64,000 nucleotides of DNA from Macrostomum lignano (taxonomy: Eukaryota): positions 1 to 64,000 of the forward strand of contig NIVC01002872.1 of NCBI GenBank assembly GCA_002269645.1. Direction: 5' to 3'. The notes beneath the pieces are model-generated. The model was not told where the DNA came from and made no database searches. It saw only the letters and a program-made list of their open reading frames with translations. Below, in pieces: positions 13,201 through 26,200 of the stretch. The translations under genes were made by a program, and so were the position numbers. Positions within the stretch are counted from its first letter, which is position 1; every line of letters starts with the position of its first letter.

Positions 13201-16200
13201 TGACAGCCTGTCCGATTCGTGGGCGGCGCAGGTTTGCGAACTGCTGGACGAGGCCTCGGTGAGCTCGGCGGGTGTCCTGCTGGTGGGTGGCCGGCCAGTC
13301 ATTTCCGGTCACCTGCGGCCACATTTCCTGCAGCAGGCGCACTCGTGCGACCAGAGTGGACACCTCGGCGTCGACAGGACCGGAGTGAGATTGTCTGAGC
13401 GCTGCTGGTGGCCTGGTCTGCGACGGGACGTCGAGAACTGGGTGGCCAGCTGCGCGGTCTGTCTGGCCAAGAAGAGTTCAACCAAGCCGCAGAAGGCGCC
13501 GCTACAGTCGACGTGCCAGCCGACGGCTCCGTGGCAGCTGGTGCAGATTGACATCAAAGGGCCGCTTCCGCGTACGACTGATAGCAAGGCGTACATCCTG
13601 AGCATGTGCGACGCCTTTTCCAAGTTGATGGAGACGGCAGCCCTGGCGGTGATCGACGCGGTGACGGTGGCGGATGCACTGCTCAAGTCGGTGGTTCTTC
13701 GTCACGGCGCTCCTCAGGTGCTGCACAGTGACCAGGGACGGCAAATCAAGAGCGAGGTGTTCGGCCGGCTCTGCGAGCAGCTGGGCGTCGAGAAGACGCG
13801 CACGTCGCCGTTTCATCCGAGCGGCAACGGAATCGTCGAGCGAGGCAACCGGACGCTCGGCGACATGCTGGCGACGACGGTGGCCGAGAACCAGCAGGAC
13901 TGGGACAGCAAGCTGCCATATGTGACCTGGGCCTACAACACCTCCGTGCACAGCACCACCGGCCTCAGTCCGTACCAGGTCCTCCACGGCTGGCCACCGA
14001 AGCTGGATCTCGACAGCTGGCTGATAAGCGGCGACCGGCCGGCAGCCGACGGTGGACATCACGGCTTCCTGCGGCGAACTCAGGAGACCTGCAGAGCGCT
14101 TTCGACACGGTGCAAGGCCGACTGCGGAGCGCCCAGGTCGAGTGCAACCGGCTGACCAACCAGGACTCGCGGTTCGTACCGTTCGAAGAGGGCCAGCTCG
14201 TGATGCTTCGCAACTCCGTCGTCAAGCGCGGTCAGACGCGGTGCCTGAGCGCCAAGTGGAAGGGGCCGTACCGAGTCCTGAGGCGCCTGGGCGAGGTCAA
14301 TTACCGCATCCAGGACGAGACCGGCTGCAGGCGCCGGCTGGTGGTGCACCACGACCGCCTCAAGCGCTTCGTGCAGCGGCAGGCGTCACTGGAGCTTCTG
14401 GCCGCAGCAGACCGCCGGCCGCCGGCCGCCGACTCCGACAACGACGGCACCGCCGCAGAGCCGCTCGGGCAGGCGGCCGATCCTGGCGGCGACCCGGTGA
14501 CCTTCTGGCCCGAGCTGCAGGCAGACGAGGCACCCGAGGAGCCGCCGGCGGCACCAGCCGAGCCGGTCACGGTTTCGCGGCGGTCGGCGAGAGAGTGGCG
14601 GCCACCTGACTTGTACATGGCGAGCTTTCTTGACTCGGGAAATCGGGTCTTTTGCTTCTAGGTGGCTTGTTGTTGCGCGTGCACTTAGATGTGCGCGTCT
14701 GGCTTGTTTGGGGGTTGGGGTTTAGCGCTGCAGCGTGTGCGTGCTTAGGCTGGTTGCACACACCCCAACTTTGGCAATAAGTAAATTGGCGTGAGCCAGT
14801 GAGGTCTCCTAAAGTTTTGTTTCACTGCAACTCAACCCACGGTCTTAATTACAATAATATACCTACAATAATGGCGTAAGAGTGTCCTGCATGCAGCTTC
14901 TTTAAAGATATACTTATTAAAAAAAAACAGAATTCACTTGTGAGTATTTATAACTTTGTCTTGGACTCATTAGATATTCATTAGACAATATGAAAATGAA
15001 TTACTTGCTTCTTGATTAGCTTGTCAAAACTATGCAACACCCCAGTGCGTTCCCGGCCCAGTTCTTAGGGGTCGTTTTCACAAGCTTGAAACTTCATATC
15101 ATCGAAATGTCTTGGTAAAGTTTACTTTGTCTAGCTAGAGCGAAACTTCACAAGCTCGAAATTTCACATATTGTCAAAAACTCTTGCCAAACTTTTGAAA
15201 TTTCTTTAGCTTATGAAGTTTCGACGATGTGAAATTTCGAGGTTTATGAAAGTGATCCAGTGCGCGCTTTGGGAGGCGTCCCATATTCAATTTTTAATTA
15301 TCAATGAACTCCATTTAAATCAAAGCTTCCTCGCTCGTCTCCACCAATCAGACTCTGCGCAAAAGAGGCAAAAGGAGCAAGTGAAGAGCAAATTTACTGT
15401 TAACAGCAGAAGACAGAAGCATTTGCCTATCCTACACTATCCCTTTCAGATTTCAAAGCGAAGTCTCGAGAAAACAGGATCGAATGCAGGAATTTGGTAA
15501 GCATTAGCAGTTCGATTCAAGCAGCAATCGTGAAGAGAAGAAGATCAACTCTAGGGCGGGGTTCAGGCTGTTGTCATGGCGGCACAGAGGCCGCCGCCCC
15601 CCACAGATCGATGAGTTCTCAATCAATACCCATTCGAAACTCGAAAAACTGCCACCAAAGAAAACGGTTGCTATTTACTTCCCGGGCGACTTAAACAGCA
15701 ACAAAAAACTGGTTTTTAGGCAGAGAGAAGAATGACAAGGGAAACAAAAGTAATCGAAACAAACAGTGTATAGGCGAGAGTAACAGCTCAGTGTTCAAAG
15801 CGTCCGACTCTCGGTCCAAAGATTTAGCGCGAGCCAAATCAAATTTCGGGCTCGTGCACGGAAATTAACCTGGGTCCTGTTGAGATATTTATGCTCACTA
15901 GGATCAAACCTAAGCCATTCAGAGTTTTTACCCGCCTGTTTACGGTACATACATGAGAAAGTCAGGGTGGATGTACAAACTCTGTGAGCGTGTGATTGCG
16001 TACGCACCTATATCGGTGTGCGGGCGCAAGCTCAGGGGTCAGTGGAATGACTTTAACATAACATGCTTGCCTCCTCACTGACTGTGGGTCGGTTTTCGGC
16101 AGGTGTCGATAAAGCCCCTGGCTGGTTACCAACTATGGACAGCTGAAGTAGTCGTAGAAAGACACTGCACTTGAATTTCTTAGAAATGAGCTGGAGGCAC

Positions 16201-18262
16201 GTAAAGGAACGTGTACTTTTCGTATCGCCAGTGCGTTTAGTACTGGTCGGCAGGGGTCAGCAAACTCCGATCTGCGAAGCCTCTCTATCCGGCCCTCGGG
16301 TCCTCTGAAACTTCACAATAGCAATCCGGCCCGCTCAAGGTTTGTGTCTTCTTAGAAGATCTCTTCTTTCTAATTTCCTCTATCCTCCTCTCTCTTCTAT
16401 CCTCCTCTCTCCTCTATCCTCCTCTCTCCTCTATCCTCCTCTCTCCTCTATCCTCCTCTCTCCTCTCTCCTCCTCTCTCCTCTCTCCTCCTCTCTCCTCT
16501 CTCCTCCTCTCTCCTCTCTCCTCCTCTCTCCTCTATCCTCCTCTCTCCTCTATCCTCCTCTCTCCTCTCTCCTCCTCTCTCCTCTATCCTCCTCTCTCCT
16601 CTCTCCTCCTCTCTCCTCTATCCTCCTCTCTCCTCTATCCTCCTCTCTCCTCTCTCCTCTCTCCTCCTCTCTCCTCTCTCCTCCTCTCTCCTCTCTCCTC
16701 CTCTCTCCTCTATCCTCCTCTCTCCTCCTCTCTCCTCTATCCTCCTCTCTCCTCTATCCTCCTCTCTCCTCTCTCCTCCTCTCTCCTCTATCCTCCTCTC
16801 TCCTCTATCCTCCTCTCTCCTCTATCCTCCTCTCTCCTCTCTCCTCCTCTCTCCTCTATCCTCCTCTCTCCTCTCTCCTCCTCTCTCCTCTATCCTCCTC
16901 TCTCCTCTATCCTCCTCTCTCCTCTCTCCTCCTCTCTCCTCTCTCCTCCTCTCTCCTCTCTCCTCCTCTCTCCTCTCTCCTCCTCTCTCCTCTATCCTCC
17001 TCTCTCCTCCTCTCTCCTCTATCCTCCTCTCTCCTCTATCCTCCTCTCTCCTCTCTCCTCCTCTCTCCTCTATCCTCCTCTCTCCTCTATCCTCCTCTCT
17101 CCTCTATCCTCCTCTCTCCTCTCTCCTCCTCTCTCCTCTATCCTCCTCTCTCCTCTCTCCTCCTCTCTTTTCTATCCTCCTCTCTCCTCTCTCCTCCTCT
17201 CTCCTCTATCCTCCTCTATCCTCTATCCTCCTCTCTCCTCTATCCTCCTCTCTCCTCTATCCTCCTCTCTCCTCTATCCTCTCTCCACTCTCGTCTCTCG
17301 ATCGTCTCTCGTCTCTCCACTCTTCTCTCTCCTCTCTATTCTGTTTCCTCTGATGCGCAGTCATGCGCTACTCGAAGTATAATGATTTAAATAGAAAAAT
17401 ATGAACCCGCTTTTGTTACTCATCAAAATTGCATAAACTCACCGCCTCGTGCTCTTAGCTTTGGTTTCGCGCCAAATCCGACCGGGCTGCTGCGATTGAT
17501 CGCCTCCTCCGTGATTCACCTTCGCAGCCGCGCTGGCAGCGGCGGCTTTAGGCGGACCAGCGGCTGCCAGTTCGGCCTGACCGTCCTCCTTCGGCAGGTT
17601 CACCACCGGCGGGCCGTCGCTGTTGACAAGAAAATGCGAGTGTTACTAAAAATAGACTGATTAGCTTTGCCACTTCATTTATGCTGCCTTTGCCCAAACC
17701 AATCACTCGCTGAAAGGGACGACAATCAGTTAATTAATCGCACCATTCAGGCTCAGGCAGTCAGTCTGCAAATGCTGTAACAGTCGGAAACCAATCAGGC
17801 AAATTGATTTCCACTCCCGCCGAGGGGATAGGTAAGATGCAGCTGCTCGGTAAGCTAACATGCTGCATAGCTAGGATCACAGCCGATTCAGAATCTTGAA
17901 TGAAGTACACTGTAAACGCTGGTTTAATATATTTAATAACAAATATTTACAATTCATAACCATACAAGAATAAAATATGGTGTCATATAACTTACTTTAT
18001 TGTACGTGCTAATTTTGTTTCAGGTGGATATTGGGTAAAGCAAAAAGTGTTTATCTCATCAGATATTAGCTCATAATTTTAATTCTATTTATTTTAATTT
18101 TAGAGTTTATAAGATTAAAATAATACATGTATATATGTCCTTATTTATTAATGCAAAAAATAATTTACAAAAGTGAAAGCTGCTAATGACACTTAATACA
18201 TAATGAATATTCAAGTAAAATTTTATAATAGGAAATAAGAAAACATTTCCTTACCAGGGCAT
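10223..18262 (-). CDS. Inward-rectifier potassium channel (Kir/KCNJ family), ~448 aa
   Basis: Main exon 11384..10223 encodes YKRLVFKNGECN, filter ETQQTIGYGYR, PKKRAETLMFS and LEGIIESTGMTTQARSSY. A phase-2/phase-2 exon at 17619..17443 (caacag| ... CG|GTGAGT) joins in frame. A candidate first coding exon at 18262..18255 (ATGCCCTG|GTAAGG) supplies the only fitting ATG and is lower confidence. Confidence 0.92.
12310..14661 (+). mobile_element. 5'-truncated Ty3/gypsy LTR retrotransposon pol (RT C-terminus, RNase H, integrase), antisense inside a Kir intron
   Basis: IVFSRTFDEHLERL (just after the YxDD motif); RNase H CDSSQFAVGAVLSQ...AERNYSATDREL; HHCC zinc finger; DDE core (IDIKGPLP, HSDQG, VERGNRTL); GPY/F motif KWKGPY. 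Frameshifts at ~12940 and ~14088. Confidence 0.95.
14668..14853 (+). mobile_element. Possible 3' LTR of the gypsy element
   Basis: Follows the pol stop; begins TGTTG, contains an AATAA-like signal and ends TTACA. There is no second copy in the window to confirm it. Confidence 0.3.
15085..15245. repeat. Imperfect palindromic, MITE-like remnant
   Basis: GAAACTTCATA and CTCGAAATTTCACA are mirrored by TATGAAGTTTC and TGTGAAATTTCGAG. Confidence 0.35.
16251..16345 (+). mobile_element. hAT (Charlie/Tip100-like) terminal fragment
   Basis: CAGGGGTCAGCAAAC terminus followed by two ATCCGGCCC motifs; matching right end not found. Confidence 0.4.
16376..17340. repeat. CT-rich tandem array (CCTCTCTCCTCTAT-type units) in a Kir intron
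   Basis: About 1 kb of almost pure C/T on the plus strand; source of the spurious 346-aa ORF. Confidence 0.95.
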
Positions 18263-20298
18263 ATCAAATCCAGATTTTTAAACAAGCAGCATTGCGAATA
18301 TGGGCACAGGAATTTCAGCAGACAAAAATGATTTTCTCGGATACTAGAATATTATCTCCTTCATTTTTCGTGTATATAAAATCAAGCTGACGTATTAACT
18401 GCGATATATGCAAGCAGCATTGGCACTGTCTGTATTAATTAAGTCGAATCGCAATATTTCTAAAATTCGACCATATTAAATCATAAATCGCCAATTGCAA
18501 TTAGCGCTTTATCGCAGTATAACAAATGAAAAGAAGGCTCTTATCTATGCATACGATACAATTATTTTTTTGTATAAGAAGAAGTTAGTTTTTTTCTTTA
18601 AATACTGTTGATTCTTTGAAGCTTTAAAACTATTTTAAGAAAATAACGAAATATCTTTTAAGTATAATTAGGTAAATAACTGAGAAGCATCACGCACTTC
18701 AATAATTTATTTTCAATTGAATTCATACTAAAATCAAATACTTTAGAGTAGCATTAACTAAGTTTTAGCATTTTTCTAATCCTAAATCACTGTCAGTTAC
18801 TGTAGTAAATGTTAGCTTATAACGAATTGTGTTAAAAAAACAGATTACGGTGCCATAATAATGTGCAAAGTTTTAAATGGTGGGGGTTTTAAAAGTAATT
18901 AAAGACATGGAATAACGAGTTCGTGCAACTTGTTGGTTATACGCAAAAATACTGGGCTGATTTAATTAGCATTGGATAATTTTGACGCTCCGCGTAAGCA
19001 GGACGCCACGAAAAAGTAAGCCAATTCGATAATATCGCAGAGCTGCTGTATAGAATAGAATATAGGATAAAAATCTTTCATCAGTAGCTAAATAAATGTT
19101 ATGTTTCAATGCTGAGAGCGAAAAGTGGAATTTACTTAACTTGAGAATAAAGACAATAAATGATTTTTCGGATAAATACGCGCTCGTGCGCGTGTAGCAA
19201 CTGCATCACAAAAATACTTATTTAATGACTATATTATTCAATATTGCATGTAATCAGTGTTCAATAACAAATGATCAGCTTATTTGGGTAGACGAGTCCA
19301 TGAGAATTAGTGTAGAGAGGTAACAACAAAGAATAAAAATTGTCCGTTTTTGTTTGTTTCAGAAAACGATGATGATATTATCAATTATCATGACATTAAC
19401 CGCGTATCGATAAGCTAGCTCTTCAACAGAGGCAGTCTCTACTATAAGAAAGGGTAGAACTAGAAGCCTATTGGCTAAGTTATACTACTGCGGGTCTTCC
19501 AGGTAAAAATATTTAAGTTCAAGCATTCGTTTTGTATATATTAGCATAAAAAATGCTGTACTATCAGAATATAGACACATTATTTAAAAAAGCAGGCCAC
19601 ATTGTACAAAGTTTGTGCAATAAACACTTTACATGTTATATACCGGTTACAGTACATGCAAAGGGTTGTATTAATATGCTAGAATCTGAACTATTGCGCT
19701 ATTATTTTGTTAGGCATTGCTAGAAGCTAAACAGGTAAGAAAACTACTGTACTTTATATATGAAATTTAGTAAAAAATACCAATCATAATGAGATAATGT
19801 GGCAGTTAAAGTTGTAAGAAAACTACTAACAGTAGCTAACATTATATCCCCAACTTTTTAACAGTCAATAATAGAGTAAGTTATATTACGCCCTGACCCT
19901 GACACACTAGCTGTTTCCTTATACGGTATGGTTTGGAAAAGCCTGCATGCTACTAAACAGTACGAAGCCACGCTTTTTACACCTGGGTTGTTAAAATTCT
20001 GAAAGGGGGACTATTCCGAAAACGAAATCTTTTTAACTTTCAATTTCAGATCGCAGCGATAGATTCCTTGATGAAAGTCCAGTCTAGATACATGTAGATA
20101 AAGTTAGCTGTCATTTCTGTCATTTGATGAATGGTAAAATCTGTTAACTTTCCCCCATACTTGATCGAAATTTATATACTTGAACTGTTCAACGTACAGT
20201 TGAGTCTGCAAACTAGTTAAATAAGCCAATCCTACAGTCAACCGCTCAGAAGGCAGTTCACAGTGAGATCCATCAGAAGACGATGAATCAGCGCAGCA

Positions 20299-23200
20299 TC
20301 ACACGGCCGTGGGCTCCTGCTGCTGATTGTCCTCAACGCCATCCGCCTTGCCGGCACCGCTGCCCAGCAGCTCCAGCGGCAGCACCTCGACATGCGGCGG
20401 CAGCTCTTCCGGCTGGCTGATCTTCATGAAGCGCTGCAGAAATTTGACACAGAAAAGCATTGGGACAAATCAAAGCTAACTGGTAGAATTATTTCTGTGA
20501 CGCAATAAAACTAAAAGTGGGGGGGGGGCTCGAATCTTGTGCAGTCAGGCAGAGACCGGTTTCTGGCTTGTTTGCCTTCGTCAGTTGACCACAGCCGCAC
20601 GCTGTACTCTCCCAACCCACTCTCAGTGTGTGCAAATCGTTTCTTTTATGGCGATATTTTTTCGGGCTATGTGAAAGATTTTACGATTCAAATCTTTATT
20701 CCTCTACTTTCCTCAGTAGCCTAAATTGAACAACTCAGTATTTCAAACTCTCCGATTGCAACAACAACCCCATCCGAAATTCCAATTCAGTAGTCTAAAC
20801 CGATCCCAATCCCGATCCTGGATTTTGCTACCACATCCCTAATCTTGATCCCAGCTCCTTGTCCAGAATCCCAAACTTGAATAATTATGTTCGGAATCCT
20901 TGGTCAGAATCCCAATCCCATCTCAGACTCTTGTCTCGAATCCCGATCCCATCTCAGACTCTTGTCTCGAATTTCCATTCCATCTAATACTCTTGTCTCG
21001 AATCCCGATCCCATCTCAGACTCCTGGCTCGAATCCCCATCTCGTCTCAGACTCTTGTATCGAATCCCGATCCCATCTCAAAACCAGACTCTCAGATCCC
21101 TATCCTACTCCCAAATCTTGATTCGGTATCCAAGCCAAAAATCCCGGTCATCGATCTGCAATCAATCGAGCATGGTTGTGACAAAGTTCTCCCGCAGTCT
21201 CGCTCACCTCCTTAAGGGTGCCGGGTGTGATGGCCAGCTTGTAGAAAAAGTACACGGGCACCATGACCAGTGAAGACATTGTGATCATCCAGCCGATGCC
21301 GATGGCCCACTTGGGAAACGGAATCGCTTCCCCGAGCACCATGACCGGTCGAGACTCGTAGAAGATCAGATTGGCGATGAAGATGGCCTGCGGAATTCCG
21401 GGGCGATGAAGCATTCGCATCGAAAGGAAGAAACGGGAAAGGAACAGGGAAAGGAACAGGGAAAGGAACAGGGAAAGGAACAGGGAAAGGAACAGGGAAA
21501 GGAACAGGGAAAAGAACAGGGAAAGGAACAGGGAAAGGAACAGGGAAAGGAACAGGGAAAGGAACAGGGAAAGGAACAGGGAAAGGAACAGGGAAAGGAA
21601 CAGGGGAAGGAACAGGGAAAGAGACAATAAAAAGGAAATGCACAAGAACTGAGAAGCAAGCAGGCACCAGTTCTCACCATGAGAAACACAGGACTGATGA
21701 AGGTCCAGCAGATTTGCCAGTAGGGGCCGGGTGCAAAACCCAGCATCTTTTTAACATCCGCGCTGAACCGTTTGTGACCTGAATTGAAAATTTAGCAAAG
21801 TAAAAAATAATTGAGGAAGGAACCGAAGAGGCATAGCCATAGGTACGAATTCCCAGCAACTGACCGTAAAACCAGCACAGGGCGACGCCTTCAACGCAGA
21901 CGATGAATAACAGAGAGATTGGAGCTCCGTGCTGGTCCAGCAGGTTCAGGACGTAGAAACCGCCCTTTGTATTGCGGTTCGGACAATCGGGATTGTTGAT
22001 TGCAATAATTCGATCTAATCTATTGCATACTCAATATAATGTAATCTGTCATGTGTTGAGTCTAATCTAATCCTTCATATTCTGAATGTAATCTAATCTA
22101 ATCCATCAATATTCTGTATCTGATCTAATCTAATCTGTCATGTGTTGAGTCTAATTTAATCCATCATAGTCTGAATCTAATCTAATCGAATCATCATATT
22201 CTGAATCTAATCTAATCTAATCCATCATATTCTGAATCTAATCTAATCTAACCCATCGTATTCTGAATCTAATCTAATCTAATCTGTCATGTGTTGAGTC
22301 TAATCTAATCTAATCCATCATATTCTGAATCTAATCTAATCTAACCCATCGTATTCTGAATCTAATCTAATCTAATCTGTCATGTGTTGAGTCTAATCTA
22401 ATCTAATCCATCATATTCTGAATCTAATCTAATCTAATCCATCATATTCTGAATCTAATCTAATCTAATCCATCATATTCTGAATCTAATCTAATCTAAT
22501 CCATCATATTCTGAATCTAATCTAATCTAATCCATCTTATTCTGAATCTAATCTAATCTAATCCATCGTATTCTGAATCTAATCTAATCTAATCCATCTT
22601 ATTCTGAATGTAATCTAATCTAATCCATCATATTCTGAATCTAATCTAATCTAATCTAATCTGTCATGTGTTGAGTCTAATCTAATCTAATCCATCGTAT
22701 TCTGAATCTAATCTAATCTAATCCATCTTATTCTGAATGTACTCGTAATCTAATCTAATCCATCATATTCTGAATCTAATCTAATCTAACGCATCTCGTG
22801 GCCGAGATTATCGAACGAACAATGGCCGCGAAACAACCTGCCACAAAAAGGTGTAAAGCTAATCCTACACTAATCCCCAGTACAAACATAGGTGGTGGTG
22901 GCCAGGCCGCCAATGAAGCAGTAGACAATCAGGCCGAGAACGAACAGCTCGCGTCTGCGCTGCAGCTTGGGAAATTCGTCCAGAATGCCCGTGATGATGG
23001 CCTCAAGACCGCCGTACTGCGGTGGGAGAAACATTGGGGATTTGTGTAGTTTTTGTTTGAATCATGGGAGAATTTGTCCCTGGTTTAAAAGCTTGTTCCT
23101 TTGTGTTACTCTTTTGGCTTTGTTTCAAAGTTGAGGTTTCTTTGGTATCTGAGGTATCTGGGGTATCTGGGGTGACTGGGGTAACTGGAGTATCTGGGGT

Positions 23201-26200
23201 ATCTGGGGTGACTGGGGTATCTGAGGTATCTGGGGTATCTGGGGTATCTGGGGTGACTGGGGTATCTGGGGTATCTGGGGTGACTGAGGTATCTGAGGTA
23301 TCTGGGGTATCTGGGGTAACTGGGGTATCTGGGGTGACTGGGGTATCTGAGGTATCTGGGGTATCTGGGGTGACTGGGGTAACTGGAGTATCTGGGGTAT
23401 CTGGGGTATCTGGGGTGACTGGGGTATCTGAGGTATCTGGGGTATCTGGGGTGACTGGGGTAACTGGAGTATCTGGGGTATCTGGGGTATCTGGGGTGAC
23501 TGGGGTATCTGGGGTATCTGGGGTGACTGAGGTATCTGAGGTATCTGGCGTATCTGGGGTAACTGGAGTATCTGGGGTATCTGGGGTATCTGGGGTGACT
23601 GGGGTATCTGAGGTATCTGGGGTATCTGGGGTGACTGGGGTAACTGGAGTATCTGGGGTATCTGGGGTATCTGGGGTGACTGGGGTATCTGAGGTATCTG
23701 GGGTATCTGGGGTGACTGGGGTAACTGGGGTGACTGGGGTAACTGGAGTATCTGGGGTATCTGGGGTATCTGGGGTGACTGGGGTATCTGAGGTATCTGG
23801 GGTATCTGGGGTGACTGGGGTAACTGGAGTATCTGGGGTATCTGGGGTATCTGGGGTGACTGGGGTATCTGAGGTATCTGGGGTATCTGGGGTGACTGGG
23901 GTAACTGGAGTATCTGGGGTATCTGGGGTATCTGGGGTATCTGGGGTATCTGGATATCTGGGGTATCTGGATATCTGGGGTATCTGGATATCTGGGGTAT
24001 CTGGATATCTGGGGTAACTGGGGTATCTGGGATAACTGGGGTAACTCGGGTAACTGGGATAACTGGGGTAACTGGGGTATTTTATATTATCTATAGTTGA
24101 TTGCTCGTTCAGTGTACACGCACAAATGAACTAAATAAGCGAGTCCTTTGTTTTTAGGTACTAACCGTGCTGTCCAGGCCGAGAGTGATTAGCATGATGA
24201 AGAAGAGGATGGCCCAGAACACTGAGCCGCGCAGGGTGCCGATGGCCTCAGGATAAGCCATGAACACCAGGCCGGGACCTGGGGATGGCGTAGATGTAGT
24301 GGGTGGATGAGTGGGTGTATAGGGTGGGTATACGAGTGGGTAGATAGGGTGGGTGGATGAGTGGGTGTATAGGGTGGGTATACGAGTGGGTAGATAGGGT
24401 GGGTGGATGAGTGGGTGTATAGGGTGGGTATACGAGTGGGTGGATAGGGTGGGTGGATGAGTGGGTGTATAGGGTGGGTATACGAGTGGGTGGATAGGGT
24501 GGGTGGATGAGTGGGTAGATAGGTTGGGTTGATGAGTGGGTAGATAGGGTGGGTTGATGAGTGGGTAGATAGGGTGGGTGGATGAGTGGGTAGATAGGTT
24601 GGGTTGATGAGTGGGTAGATAGGGTGGGTTGATGAGTGGGTAGATAGGGTGGGTGGATGAGTGGGTAGATAGGGTGGGTGGATGTGTGGGTAGATAGGGT
24701 TGGGTGGATGTGTGGGTAGATAGTGTGGGTGGATGAGTGGGTAGATAGGGTGGGTTGATGAGTGGGTAGATAGGGTGGGTGGATGAATGGGTAGATAGGG
24801 TGGGTGGATGTGTGGGTAGATAGGGTGGGTTGATGAGTGGGTAGATAGGTTGGGTTGATGAGTGGGTAGATAGGGTGGGTGGATGAATGGGTAGATAGGG
24901 TGGGTGGATGAGTGGGTAGATAGGGTGGGTTGATGAGTGGGTAGATAGGGTGGGTGGATGAATGGGTAGATAGGGTGGGTGGATGTGTGGGTAGATAGGG
25001 TGGGTTGATGAGTGGGTAGATAGGGTGGGTGGATGTGTGGGTAGATAGGGTTGGGTGGATGAGTGGGTAGATAGGGTGGGTGGATGTGTGGGTAGATAGG
25101 GTTGGGTGGATGAGTGGGTAGATAGGGTGAGTTGATGAGTCCTATTGTTAACCAGTAGAGCAGGGTTATTACCCAACAAGCAAGCTCTCACCCTCAGAAG
25201 CAACTGTGTCCATGTCTTTGCCCAGCCTGTAGGCCATGTTGCCTAGCACGGAGAACACAACAAAACCGGCCAGAAAGGAGGTGCAGCAGTTGATGGAGCT
25301 GGTGATCATGGCGTCACTGCGAAGGTGTTAGTTATGTCAAGAAACTTGAATTTTCAGGACGGCTTAAATTGAACATTGTCAGCATCGTGTACTCTTTAAT
25401 CTATTGAATAGATAGCTATCATACGAGCTAACATCGTCCCACAACTGTCCCGCCAATGCTGTGTACGCGGGCACGAACTCGCTCACACAGGGTGTACAGC
25501 AGCCCTGACTTTCTAATTGTCAGTCATGTACACCCTCTGTGCCTTGGGGGTGGTGGTCCTCATGGGTGTGAAACAACCCCTGGAGCAGACGCGTTCAGAC
25601 ATCCCGAGCTCGCGACCCTCCAGCACTCACGCGTAGCAGTTGTTGTTGAATTTGTTGTAGCTCGACAGCGCCAGCAGGACGCCAAAGCCGGGGCCCAGCG
25701 AGAAGAATATCTGCGAGGCGGCATCGTTCCACACCTGCACATCCAGCAGCCTCTCCCACTTGGGAGTCAGGTAGTACCAGATACCGCCCATTGAGCCTTC
25801 CAGCATGAGTCCGCGGATTAGCAAGATTAGCAGAACAATGTAGGGCATTGTTGCCGTGAACCACACAGCCTGCGGGAGTTTTGTAAGTCGAGTTAGTAAT
25901 AACTGGGACATGGGACATAGTGCTCAGAATCATGTACTTTTATCCCACTCTTGCTCCCTCTCTCATCCACTCTGTCTCTCCCTTAATCTCTCTCTGTCTC
26001 TCCCTTAATCTCCCTCGGTCTCTCCCTTAATCTCCCTCTGTCTCTCCCTTAATCTCCCTCTGTCTCTCCCTTAATCTCCCTCTGTCTCTCCCTTAATCTC
26101 TCTCTGTCTCTCCCTTAATCTCTCTCTGTCTCTCCCTTAATCTCCCTCTGTCTCTCCCTTTATTTCCCGCTGTCTCTCCCTTAATCTCCCTCTGTCTCTC

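Noticed and set aside
12930-14100. Programmed ribosomal frameshifts in the gypsy pol
   Set aside because: The breaks fall inside RNase H and integrase rather than at the gag-pol junction, and there is no slippery heptamer. Mutation or sequencing error is more likely.
10273-14618. Alternative-frame and antisense ORFs over the Kir exon and gypsy pol
   Set aside because: They are shadows of GC-rich coding sequence with no motifs of their own.
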